This document shows positions 1 through 9,229 of a stretch of DNA of 50,182 bases, piece after piece. Location of the stretch: NCBI GenBank assembly GCA_043798915.1, contig JAZDOG010000045.1:1-50182 (forward strand), in the 5' to 3' direction. Every line of letters starts with the position of its first letter. Positions within the stretch are counted from its first letter, which is position 1. Position numbers and translations under genes: made by a program. The notes under the pieces are model-generated. The model worked only from the letters and a program-made list of their open reading frames with translations. It had not been told where the DNA came from and did not search any database. Origin of the DNA: Pseudomonadota bacterium. GTDB lineage: Bacteria > UBA10199 > 2-02-FULL-44-16 > JAAZCA01.

Positions 1-1
1 T

Positions 2-34
2 CCGATCGAGCGCATACACGAAAAATATTATTAG
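2..34 (+). CDS. Possible 3' end of a gene entering from the left (…PIERIHEKYY*), product unknown
   Basis: Frame 2 is open from the window edge to TAG at 32-34. Only 10 codons are visible. Confidence 0.3.
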   Translation, partial: PIERIHEKYY

Positions 35-44
35 AACCTTGGCG

Positions 45-164
45 TATTCAGCCAGGGAGTCGTCTGTTGATGGACATAACTTCGGAGGGGGTAACCCCCT
101 CCCCACGCCTATCGGCGCGGTTCCCCTCCCCATGTCCTGCAACAGACGACTCCCTGGCTGAATA
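45..164. mobile_element. MITE-like non-autonomous element with long terminal inverted repeats
   Basis: 45-69 TATTCAGCCAGGGAGTCGTCTGTTG is the exact reverse complement of 140-164. The repeat extends to 33 bp (45-77/132-164) with 2 mismatches. Both outer ends are TA. Internal hairpin GGAGGGGG-TAA-CCCCCTCC at 84-102. No ORF. Confidence 0.65.
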
Positions 165-168
165 GGAA

Positions 169-777
169 TTATCGCAGCTTTTCTGCCACAAGTTCGTATC
201 GGCCCGGCTCATCTCTGTAATGAACGACTCGAAGGCCCGCGTCCTGCATCATGACAGTCATTTCCCTCTCATCGGGGAGCACGTCGTTCCTTACGGGTCC
301 AGAACAGCCCGCGTGGAATGCGTTGACCTCTTTGCGGCTGGACGCATGGGCAATGACGAGCCTGCGTCCAGTTTTCAACATCCTTTCAACGTTGGCAAGC
401 GCAGCTGGCTTGTCCGATAGATGAGGGAAACATGAAAAACAGATGATGGCGTCGAGCGATGAATCATCGAACGAGCTATTCTCCATAGTTTCGCATCGCA
501 CTTCTATTCTATGGTCGCGATATTTGTCCTGCAGGATATCCAGCATCTTTTGCGCCGGATCGATTGCCTTGATCCTGCCTGAGTCGCCCACCGCTTCGAG
601 GAGAGCGGGAAGCAAAATGCCTGTCCCGCATCCTGCATCAAGGACCGTTGCAGATCGTTTGATTCCGGAGAGCGAAATAATTGCCGAAAGATGGCTTGGC
701 GGCAACGATTCAGACATCTCGTTCCAATCGGCAGCGAGATTATTGAAAAAATCTATCTTAACATCTACATGTTTCAT
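169..777 (-). CDS. Class I SAM-dependent methyltransferase
   Basis: Motif I VLDAGCGTG, acidic AIDPA after beta2, and SLDAIICFSCFPH. The start at 777 overlaps the upstream stop (ATGA). Confidence 0.9.
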   Translation of the reverse strand: MKHVDVKIDFFNNLAADWNEMSESLPPSHLSAIISLSGIKRSATVLDAGCGTGILLPALLEAVGDSGRIKAIDPAQKMLDILQDKYRDHRIEVRCETMENSSFDDSSLDAIICFSCFPHLSDKPAALANVERMLKTGRRLVIAHASSRKEVNAFHAGCSGPVRNDVLPDEREMTVMMQDAGLRVVHYRDEPGRYELVAEKLR

Positions 778-1331
778 ACATCGGCCCTGCTGAGATAATC
801 CCCTATCTTCGACACCATCACAGGCAGCAGTAGCAACTGGGCTGCTATTCCGGGAAGGCCGACCAGAAAGAGATTCCTGATCAAAACCTGAGATGATGGC
901 GCGCTGCCAAACCCTGCGGCGAAAAACACTAGCGACACGGCGCGCCCGGCGAGCATCGCACAGACGAGCGCCGTGATAATCCTGGCATGGCGGTGATGAA
1001 CGAGCCATCCGGCAACAGCCGCGTACACAGCAAGCTCAGCCATCATTGGCAACAGCGCGCCGACAGGCGGCATCCCTGAAAGGGAAAAACTCACCAAGGG
1101 GCTCGCCAGCGCCGTGAGCACGCCACCTCGAAGCCCCATCACCATCGCCGCAAAGATGACCGCGAAATGCATGGGGAGAATGACCTGTCCTGCCAGCCCA
1201 AACTGATGGCAGAGATAGGGGGCCGCTACCGCAAATGTTGTGAAGGCAGCCAAAAACAGCAACCAACGCATACCGCTCAGCCGATACGGCATGACAGGTG
1301 CAAAACCCAACGTCCCGGCAATTGCGTTCAT
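774..1331 (-). CDS. ECF transporter S component (LPMH-type), substrate unknown
   Basis: About 185 aa with ~6 hydrophobic helices and GQVILPMHFAVIFAAMVMG…SPLVSFSLSGMPP. Strong RBS AAGGAGGA before the ATG at 1331. Confidence 0.8.
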   Translation of the reverse strand: MNAIAGTLGFAPVMPYRLSGMRWLLFLAAFTTFAVAAPYLCHQFGLAGQVILPMHFAVIFAAMVMGLRGGVLTALASPLVSFSLSGMPPVGALLPMMAELAVYAAVAGWLVHHRHARIITALVCAMLAGRAVSLVFFAAGFGSAPSSQVLIRNLFLVGLPGIAAQLLLLPVMVSKIGDYLSRADV

Positions 1332-1350
1332 ATATCCTCCTTTTGATATT

Positions 1351-1572
1351 CTACCTACAAAGAACTCTCCAGCGATATGCCGGATGTTCTGGTGTAAACT
1401 CGTCCTTGATCTCACACTGGCTGAACGGAGAGCCCGATCCATCGAGAGACCAATCGCGAAATCGAACAGCGTCCTCCCTGTTATTAAATCTATTTTCCTT
1501 AAAAGGACTCAGGGCAGATCCAAATAGATAATTTATTATACCGGGATATGGGTAAAATGCCGTGCCATTCAC
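1351..1572 (-). CDS. Small hypothetical protein (73 aa)
   Basis: GGAGG lies 5 nt before the GTG start, and the stop falls just upstream of the S-component RBS. No recognisable domain. Confidence 0.5.
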   Translation of the reverse strand: MNGTAFYPYPGIINYLFGSALSPFKENRFNNREDAVRFRDWSLDGSGSPFSQCEIKDEFTPEHPAYRWRVLCR

Positions 1573-1638
1573 AGGGGCCTCCGTTCCAAGTTTGAGACTG
1601 GACGCCTATCAAATCACGGACGCCATGGCAACGATAAA

Positions 1639-1665
1639 GTGGCACGAAATAGATAAACGTGCCAT
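1639..1665. promoter_or_regulatory. Putative NikR operator GTGGCAC-N13-GTGCCAT
   Basis: Inverted repeat TGGCACG/CGTGCCA around an AT-rich spacer, in the divergent intergenic region next to nikR. Confidence 0.65.
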
Positions 1666-1678
1666 TTCACATTATAGT
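1650..1678 (+). promoter_or_regulatory. Putative sigma70 promoter of nikR (TAGATA-17-TATAGT)
   Basis: -35 at 1650-1655 and -10 at 1673-1678 with a 17-bp spacer. It overlaps a minus-strand TATAAT (1671-1676). Confidence 0.4.
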
Positions 1679-1724
1679 CCTAGCTTGTTGCAATGCGGCT
1701 CTCTTTCATGTTAGGGGGGGCGCC

Positions 1725-2138
1725 ATGGACTCGCTTATTCGTTTTGGCGTTTCGCTCCCTGAGCGCTTGCTCAAAAAATTCGATCTTTTCTTAAGCTCCC
1801 ACGGATACGGAAACCGCTCCGAGGCAATCCGCGACATGATCCGCCAGCGGCTGCTCGATGAATCGTGGGATGTCGGCAAGAATGCCTGCGGCGTCATTTC
1901 CCTCGTCTACGATCACCACCAGCGAAATCTTTTAGACCGGCTGACTGATATTCAGCACGACGCCGGAGAGATCATCCTCTCCTCAACCCACATCCACATC
2001 GATCATCATCACTGCCTCGAGGTCATCATCGTCCGGGGGCCGGTAGGGCGCGTGAAAAAGCTCGCCGACCGCCTGATCGCCCTCAAGGGCGTCCTCCACG
2101 GTTCGTTCTCAAAGGCGCCCACCGGGTCGGAGTATTGA
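1725..2138 (+). CDS. nikR: Nickel-responsive transcriptional regulator NikR
   Basis: Ribbon-helix-helix N-terminus RFGVSL…NRSEAIRDMIR and metal site IQHD…THIHIDHHHCLEVI. Start moved to the ATG at 1725, after a G-rich RBS. Confidence 0.95.
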   Translation: MDSLIRFGVSLPERLLKKFDLFLSSHGYGNRSEAIRDMIRQRLLDESWDVGKNACGVISLVYDHHQRNLLDRLTDIQHDAGEIILSSTHIHIDHHHCLEVIIVRGPVGRVKKLADRLIALKGVLHGSFSKAPTGSEY

Positions 2139-2178
2139 TAGCGGTCAAACTTCGCTATTAAGAAAAGGGGGGAACCTT

Positions 2179-2982
2179 ATGGAACGCAGACCGGTGGTGG
2201 CAGGGCAGTTTTATCCCGGGAGCAGGTCGGCCCTGGAGGAAGAGGTCGAAAAGCTCCTGAATACCGGGGCCAAACCGAGAAAAGTCCTGGCGGCCATCGC
2301 GCCGCACGCGGGCTATGTCTACTCCGGCGCTGTAGCCGGAGCGGTCTTCGCAAGCGCGGAGGTGCCGAAGCGCTGCATCGTGCTCTCGCCCAACCACACT
2401 GGGTTAGGGACGCGCGCGGCCGTCTGGACGCGCGGGTCGTGGGGCATCCCCACCGGGACGATCGCCGTGGACGAACCGCTCGCGGGGGCCCTCATGAGGC
2501 GCTGCTCGGAACTCTCGGAGGATACCTCGGCGCATGCCGGCGAACACTCGCTTGAAGTCCTGCTCCCCTTCCTGCTCGCGAGGCAGCCGAAGCTCTCGAT
2601 CGTGCCCATCACGCTCTCGCACCTCAATGTATCGTCGTGCAAAAAGATCGGCGACGCTATTGCAGGCGCGATTCGCGAAGAGAAGGAAGACATACTCATC
2701 GTCGCCTCGACCGACATGAACCACTACGAAGAGCAGGAGCGCACGATGAAGAAAGACAGGATGGCGATAGAGCGCGTCCTGGCGCTGGATGCGGAGGGGC
2801 TCCTCACGACCTGCGGCGAGAACCGCATCTCGATGTGCGGCGTGGTGCCGACCGCAGTGGCCATCTATGCATGCAAGGAGCTCGGCGCCAAAAAGGCGAC
2901 CCTCATCAAGCACACGACCTCCGGCGAGGTCTCGGGCGACTTCAGCGCGGTAGTTGGATATGCGGGATTTGTGATCGAGTGA
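2179..2982 (+). CDS. amrB: AmmeMemoRadiSam system protein B (MEMO1 family)
   Basis: RRPVVAGQFYP, PHAGYVYSG, PNHTG, EHSLEV, STDMNHY, SMCG and VVGYAG motifs. Confidence 0.92.
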   Translation: MERRPVVAGQFYPGSRSALEEEVEKLLNTGAKPRKVLAAIAPHAGYVYSGAVAGAVFASAEVPKRCIVLSPNHTGLGTRAAVWTRGSWGIPTGTIAVDEPLAGALMRRCSELSEDTSAHAGEHSLEVLLPFLLARQPKLSIVPITLSHLNVSSCKKIGDAIAGAIREEKEDILIVASTDMNHYEEQERTMKKDRMAIERVLALDAEGLLTTCGENRISMCGVVPTAVAIYACKELGAKKATLIKHTTSGEVSGDFSAVVGYAGFVIE

Positions 2983-4005
2983 CTAAGACACTTCCTGCCA
3001 TGTGCCAAAGGTCATGGGCTCAGCCCCCTCGCCGCCGGTAAAGCCGGGCACCGTGTCTCCGGGTGAAGTAAAGGTCACGTTCGCGTCCGTGTTGCCGATG
3101 AGCGTGATGTCTTCCCCGGCAATCATTCCTCCAGTGACATCGACGTCCGAGTTTCCCGTCATCGTGAGGGTGGAGACCGTAAAGATATACCCCGAGATCG
3201 TCGAATCGGAGGTCCCGGTGAACGTCACCGAGCCCCCTGCGATGATCGCCGGGTTCGGCAACGTCGCGGTGATGTGGATGTTGGAATTGCTCCCGAAGCT
3301 CACGGAACCCAGGGTGGCAATGGTGCCGTTGAGCGTGACGTTCGTGGAAAAACCCACATCCCCGGTGATATAGTAGATGCCGCTGTACGTGCCTGAAGGG
3401 AAGGTGTAGCTGCCAGAGATCGTGGTATTGGCAACGCTCTGCCAGTACGACCATATCGGCTGTGGAACTGCCGCGTCCGGGTCGTTCTGATTTGTGGCGC
3501 CGTTTATCTCCAGCCCGCCGCCGGCAGTGACGGTCCCTTTGGCGGTGACATCGCCGTTTATTACGCCGGATGAGGAGCCGCCAGATGATATGTTGTTTCC
3601 GGAATAAAACGCGTCCGTGAAGGCGTCGGCCAGCCCTGACCCCTGCGTCAGCGACTGCTGTGCCGATCGCGTGATCCCGCCCACCGTGCCGTCGGACCGG
3701 ACGGTCACAGAGGTGCATGGGTCGGCGCAGGTGATCGTCGTGGTAAAACTCCCCGGGCCAAAAGTCTTGGTGACGCCGGTCTGCGTCGACCAATCGGCGA
3801 CGCCCGAGAGGGTCTCTGCGGTATAGGACACGCCGGCATTTGCAACGGATATTGCCTGCTGGGTGAGCTCTTCGTCCATGGCCGTCTGCGACGAGGTGGA
3901 GATGATGCTCACCGTCGCAACCCCTAAAATGGCGAAGACCACCATGACGAAGACGACCGTCAGGATGGCAAAACCCTCATTCCCCGCAAAAAATATCTTT
4001 TTCAT
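2983..4005 (-). CDS. PilX/MshP-like minor pilin with extended Gly/Thr-rich C-terminal domain
   Basis: Prepilin-like G|FAILTVVF lacking Glu5 (a PilX/GspK/MshP hallmark), plus QQAISVANAGV. Last gene of a four-pilin cluster. Confidence 0.75.
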   Translation of the reverse strand: MKKIFFAGNEGFAILTVVFVMVVFAILGVATVSIISTSSQTAMDEELTQQAISVANAGVSYTAETLSGVADWSTQTGVTKTFGPGSFTTTITCADPCTSVTVRSDGTVGGITRSAQQSLTQGSGLADAFTDAFYSGNNISSGGSSSGVINGDVTAKGTVTAGGGLEINGATNQNDPDAAVPQPIWSYWQSVANTTISGSYTFPSGTYSGIYYITGDVGFSTNVTLNGTIATLGSVSFGSNSNIHITATLPNPAIIAGGSVTFTGTSDSTISGYIFTVSTLTMTGNSDVDVTGGMIAGEDITLIGNTDANVTFTSPGDTVPGFTGGEGAEPMTFGTWQEVS

Positions 4006-4007
4006 AG

Positions 4008-4478
4008 TTAAACTCCGTTCTTGATCTGGGCCGCAGACTGGAGCCTGACCGTCTGCTGGCCGGCTGTGATCACGATCGTCACCCTCACCGTCCGGATGTC
4101 AGCCGCGGCAGCCGCGGCGGTCGCGTCCTTTTTGAGGTACTCAAAGGTGAGCGACTGCACGTTGCGCGCCAGCGCATCGGTGCCGCGCAGGAGGTCCGTC
4201 CCGGTGAGCGAGAAGTCGACCGCCTGGTCGTCGATGTCCACGAAGGTAAGATGGGTGGAGGTAAATACGGTGATATCCTCCGGCGATTTGATCCGCCCCG
4301 CCTCGAGGATCAGGCGCGTGGTCGCAAGCTCCGCCTCCGCCATGCCGCTGCGCCGCTCCATGATATGGACCCAGTTCTGGGCCGGCATCAGCAGAAAGAC
4401 CGCGACGAGCGAAACGACCGCTCCCGCCGTCATCCCGATGATCAGCTCCACCAATGTGAACCCTTGCGCCCTCTTCAT
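4008..4478 (-). CDS. Minor pilin, PilW/MshO/GspJ-like
   Basis: Class III signal peptide QG|FTLVEL, and LARNVQSLTFEY…VRVTIVI. Confidence 0.82.
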   Translation of the reverse strand: MKRAQGFTLVELIIGMTAGAVVSLVAVFLLMPAQNWVHIMERRSGMAEAELATTRLILEAGRIKSPEDITVFTSTHLTFVDIDDQAVDFSLTGTDLLRGTDALARNVQSLTFEYLKKDATAAAAAADIRTVRVTIVITAGQQTVRLQSAAQIKNGV

Positions 4479-4873
4479 AGATTCACCTTCAGATCATAGA
4501 CGTGGACAGCGCCGGCAAGGCCGGTATAAGTGACGCTCACGTCGACCTTCTTGAAATCTGTGGTCCCGGCCGCAATCGAATCCGGATCGGTCGAATCGGC
4601 ATAATTCACCGTCACGCTGTAGCTGTAGCCGCTGAAATTGCCTGTGAAAGGCGTGGTGACGACGTTCGCTATCGAATCGAAGTCATTCGCCATCACCTCG
4701 GCCAGCTTTCCCCGGGCAAGCATCACGGAGGTCGTCGAGACATCGAGCCGGATGTTGCCGATCGTCGTGTTCGAGATGACGAGCATGAGAGCCAGGAAAC
4801 AGGACGATATTATGACCACGGCGAGGATGGCCTCTATGATCGAGAAACCGCTCTTTCCGAGACGCGACCTCAT
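4475..4873 (-). CDS. Minor pilin, PilV/MshD/GspI-like
   Basis: SG|FSIIEAI and MLARGKLAEV. Start set at ATG 4873 because the upstream in-frame extension translates a repeat element. Confidence 0.8.
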   Translation of the reverse strand: MRSRLGKSGFSIIEAILAVVIISSCFLALMLVISNTTIGNIRLDVSTTSVMLARGKLAEVMANDFDSIANVVTTPFTGNFSGYSYSVTVNYADSTDPDSIAAGTTDFKKVDVSVTYTGLAGAVHVYDLKVNL

Positions 4874-4883
4874 ATGGCATCCC

Positions 4884-4985
4884 TCCCCCCTCCTTTGTAA
4901 GGAGGGGCTGGGGGAGGTAGATCCTCGATGAATCTGTTTCAGATATCTACCCCACCCTAACCCTCCCCTTACAAAGGGGAGGGGA
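4884..4985. repeat. REP-like palindrome doublet, copy 1
   Basis: Hairpin CCCCTCCTT-TGT-AAGGAGGGG followed by an inverted unit CCCTCCCCTT-ACA-AAGGGGAGGG. A near-identical copy lies at 7071-7164. Confidence 0.85.
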
Positions 4986-4995
4986 TTTAATTTTC

Positions 4996-5532
4996 CTAAT
5001 TCCACGGCGTGTCGACCCTGCCCGTGGACTTGCTGATACTGATCGTCTTCGTCTTGGTACCGGCCACAATTGAGAGAGATCCGTCCAGCGCAATGGCCGA
5101 ACCGTTCTTGTCGGTGTAGGGCTCGCCCATCGGGCTGAACTCCACCTTCGTCCCGCCGTCGATGTTGACGGCGCTGATCACCGCATCATAACTGGTTTTG
5201 AGATTTACCACGAGCGTTGCCCCGCGGCTCGACGGGTCCGTCACGTTCGTGTCTGTGGTGCCATCGGTCGAATAGACACTATACTGGTTCACGGGATCGG
5301 CCGAGAACGAGATCCCGTACCATCCGTTGTGGCTCATGGCCTGCTGCTGGGCAAACCTGATGTCGTGCACCACCTTCGCGGAGGCGGAGCTTAGGCGAAA
5401 GGTGTAGACCGCACTCCAGATGGAGACCGCCGCAAAGATCGCAAGCGCTGATACGATCAAAAAGGTGAGGATGACCTCGAGCAGCGTGAAGCCGCTCTCC
5501 CCCCCGAGGCGATATGTGCGCAAAATATCCAT
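4996..5532 (-). CDS. Minor pilin, FimT/GspH/MshC-like
   Basis: SG|FTLLEV, DIRFAQQQAMS, VEFSPMGEP and C-terminal ISKSTGRV, all typical of FimT/GspH. Confidence 0.85.
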   Translation of the reverse strand: MDILRTYRLGGESGFTLLEVILTFLIVSALAIFAAVSIWSAVYTFRLSSASAKVVHDIRFAQQQAMSHNGWYGISFSADPVNQYSVYSTDGTTDTNVTDPSSRGATLVVNLKTSYDAVISAVNIDGGTKVEFSPMGEPYTDKNGSAIALDGSLSIVAGTKTKTISISKSTGRVDTPWN

Positions 5533-5602
5533 ATATTCAAACTGGTTACAAAAACACCCCCCCTTGAATTAAAGGAAATTCTTAATTCCCCCAGTATAAG
5601 TA

Positions 5603-5631
5603 ATTTTACACCTCAACGGGTTGTGTGTCCA
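5603..5631 (-). promoter_or_regulatory. Putative sigma70 promoter of the minor-pilin operon (TGGACA-17-TAAAAT)
   Basis: 5/6 match to both consensus hexamers with an exact 17-bp spacer, about 70 bp upstream of the start. Confidence 0.55.
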
Positions 5632-5688
5632 ATGCCTCCTTTTTGTTGTCCTTGACGCTTGGGGTGTCATCCAATAGTCAGACATACC

Positions 5689-7086
5689 ATGAAACCACGC
5701 GTCAGATTCGCACCATCTCCCACCGGGAGCCTCCACATCGGCGGGGCGCGCACTGCCCTCTTCAACTGGCTCTTCGCGCGCCACAGCGGAGGCACGTTCA
5801 TCCTGCGCGTAGAGGACACCGACCTCGAGCGCTCCACGAAGGAATTCGAGAAGTCGATCCTCGACGGGATGAAGTGGCTCGGGATGGATTGGGACGAGGG
5901 ACCTTATTATCAGACACAGAGGATGGACCTCTACAAGGAGCATGTGGGCAAGCTCCTGGGCAGCGGGAAGGCTTATCGGTGCAGCTGCACGCAGGAGGAG
6001 ATCGAGGCGATGCGCCAGAAGGCGATGGCCGTCGGCGGCAAGCCAAAATATGACGGCACCTGCAGGGGCGGTCAGAAGCATCCTGACAAACCTTCCGTCG
6101 TGAGGTTCAAGGCCCCCACGGACGGCGCAACGGAGTTTCACGATATCTGCCGTGGAACGGTACGGACCGAGAATGCGGAGCTCGACGACCTCATCATCGC
6201 CCGCAGCGATGGGTCCCCGACTTACAACTTCACGGTCGTCGTCGACGACGTCACCATGGGCATCACGCACGTGATCCGGGGCGATGACCACATCAACAAC
6301 ACGCCGCGGCAGGTCCTGCTCTATGAGGCGCTGGGCTTCCCGGCGCCGGAGTTCGCGCACCTGCCGATGATCCACGGACCGGACAAGAAGAAGCTCTCGA
6401 AGCGTCACGGCGCGACATCGGTGATCGAATACGAGAAGATGGGTTACCTGCCGGATGCGATGGTCAACTATCTGGCCAGGCTCGGCTGGGCGCACGGCGA
6501 TCAGGAGATATTCACGCGCGAGGAGCTGATCGCGAAATTCGATATGCCTGCGGTGGGCAGCGCGGCGTCGATATTCGATGCCGAGAAACTCGGCTGGGTA
6601 AACAGCCAGCACCTGCTGAAGCTCCCGAACGAAACCCTCGTCGAGTTGACGCGCCCATTCTGGAGCGAGCTGGGGATTTCGATCGACGACGCAGCCTATG
6701 CCGCGCGCGCGATGGCGACGGTCCGCGTGCGCGGCGACACGCTCAAGAAGCTCGCCGAGCTCTCGGCCTTTTATTTCCGGGATGCGATCGAGATCGACCC
6801 CAAGGCAGCCGCGAAGTGGCTCGGCGGCGAGTACGCAGCGCGACTCAAGGAGCTTCACACAAAGCTCGCCTCGGAGGAGGAGTTCAGCGAGGCGTCGCTC
6901 TCGAAGATATTCGACGCCGAAATCGCCAAGGCAGGCATCAAGATGACTGAGATCGCTCAGCCCGTGAGGGTCGCGCTCACCGGGGGCACGGCGAGCCCGG
7001 GGCTCTTCGAGGTGATGGCGGTCTTGGGGAAGGATCGCGTCTTAAAGAGGCTGGGTGCTGTCTTATTAAATCCCCCTCCTTTGTAA
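5689..7086 (+). CDS. gltX: Glutamate--tRNA ligase
   Basis: RFAPSPTG, HIGG, RVEDTD, IRGDDH and KKLSKR motifs. Confidence 0.97.
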   Translation: MKPRVRFAPSPTGSLHIGGARTALFNWLFARHSGGTFILRVEDTDLERSTKEFEKSILDGMKWLGMDWDEGPYYQTQRMDLYKEHVGKLLGSGKAYRCSCTQEEIEAMRQKAMAVGGKPKYDGTCRGGQKHPDKPSVVRFKAPTDGATEFHDICRGTVRTENAELDDLIIARSDGSPTYNFTVVVDDVTMGITHVIRGDDHINNTPRQVLLYEALGFPAPEFAHLPMIHGPDKKKLSKRHGATSVIEYEKMGYLPDAMVNYLARLGWAHGDQEIFTREELIAKFDMPAVGSAASIFDAEKLGWVNSQHLLKLPNETLVELTRPFWSELGISIDDAAYAARAMATVRVRGDTLKKLAELSAFYFRDAIEIDPKAAAKWLGGEYAARLKELHTKLASEEEFSEASLSKIFDAEIAKAGIKMTEIAQPVRVALTGGTASPGLFEVMAVLGKDRVLKRLGAVLLNPPPL

Positions 7087-7164
7087 GGAGGGGCAAGGGG
7101 AGGTAGATCAGCATTGAATCAGTAGTCTACCCCACCCTGACCCTCCCCTTACAAAGGGGAGGGA
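7071..7164. repeat. REP-like palindrome doublet, copy 2
   Basis: Same two hairpins and GGTAGA/TCTACC inner ends as 4884-4985, with a different central spacer. Contains the gltX stop codon. Confidence 0.85.
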
Positions 7165-7185
7165 ATTTGCTGAAAGGAATTCACG

Positions 7186-8870
<1,685 letters not shown>

Positions 8871-8874
<4 letters not shown>

Positions 8875-9227
8875 TATATCTTCATTCTGCTTACTCTCAG
8901 GCCATGCGATGTCCAGGAGACATCATAGCCCACGCGGCAGCCGGCGGCGATGTAGCGGCGATGCCGCTTGGGACCGGCGAGATCCATCTCAGCCACGCGA
9001 AAGATGAGGGACTGCCCACGCGCCGTGCGGATATATCCATAACCCTGTTGCGGATAATAGGAAGCGATTTCACCCTTGGGGAAGAGATCGCTCTCGTCCA
9101 CATGGGGGAACTCCTGCAGAGAACCAATCTTATCACCCGGCACAGGCAGCCAGTTGGGCGGCCGCGATGCGACGGCGCTGTCGGTCATCATATGTAGTGT
9201 CATAAGGGAATCTGCTGAATTCGGCAA
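8871..9227 (-). CDS. Cold-shock-domain-like (OB-fold) protein with N-terminal extension
   Basis: [18 protein letters not shown] resembles the CSD RNP1 region (KGxVKWFNxxKGYGFI). Start uncertain (TTG 9227 or ATG 9203/9191). Confidence 0.6.
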
Positions 9228-9229
9228 CT

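Noticed and set aside
778..1008. N-terminal extension of the methyltransferase ORF
   Set aside because: It overlaps the S-component gene. ATG 777 gives a clean ATGA coupling.
1340..1640. Possible cobalamin or other riboswitch upstream of the S-component
   Set aside because: I could not find B12-box, TPP or FMN conserved motifs on the minus strand. An Rfam scan would be needed to exclude this fully.
5569..6858. 429-aa ORF antisense to gltX, and similar long shadows at 7108-7944, 7446-8660, 26110-27402 and 41183-42388
   Set aside because: They fully overlap well-supported genes, have no recognisable motifs, and are expected from GC-rich codon bias.
4884..7164. Repeats considered as a CRISPR array
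   Set aside because: There are only two dispersed doublets 2 kb apart, with inverted units, no regular spacers and no cas genes.
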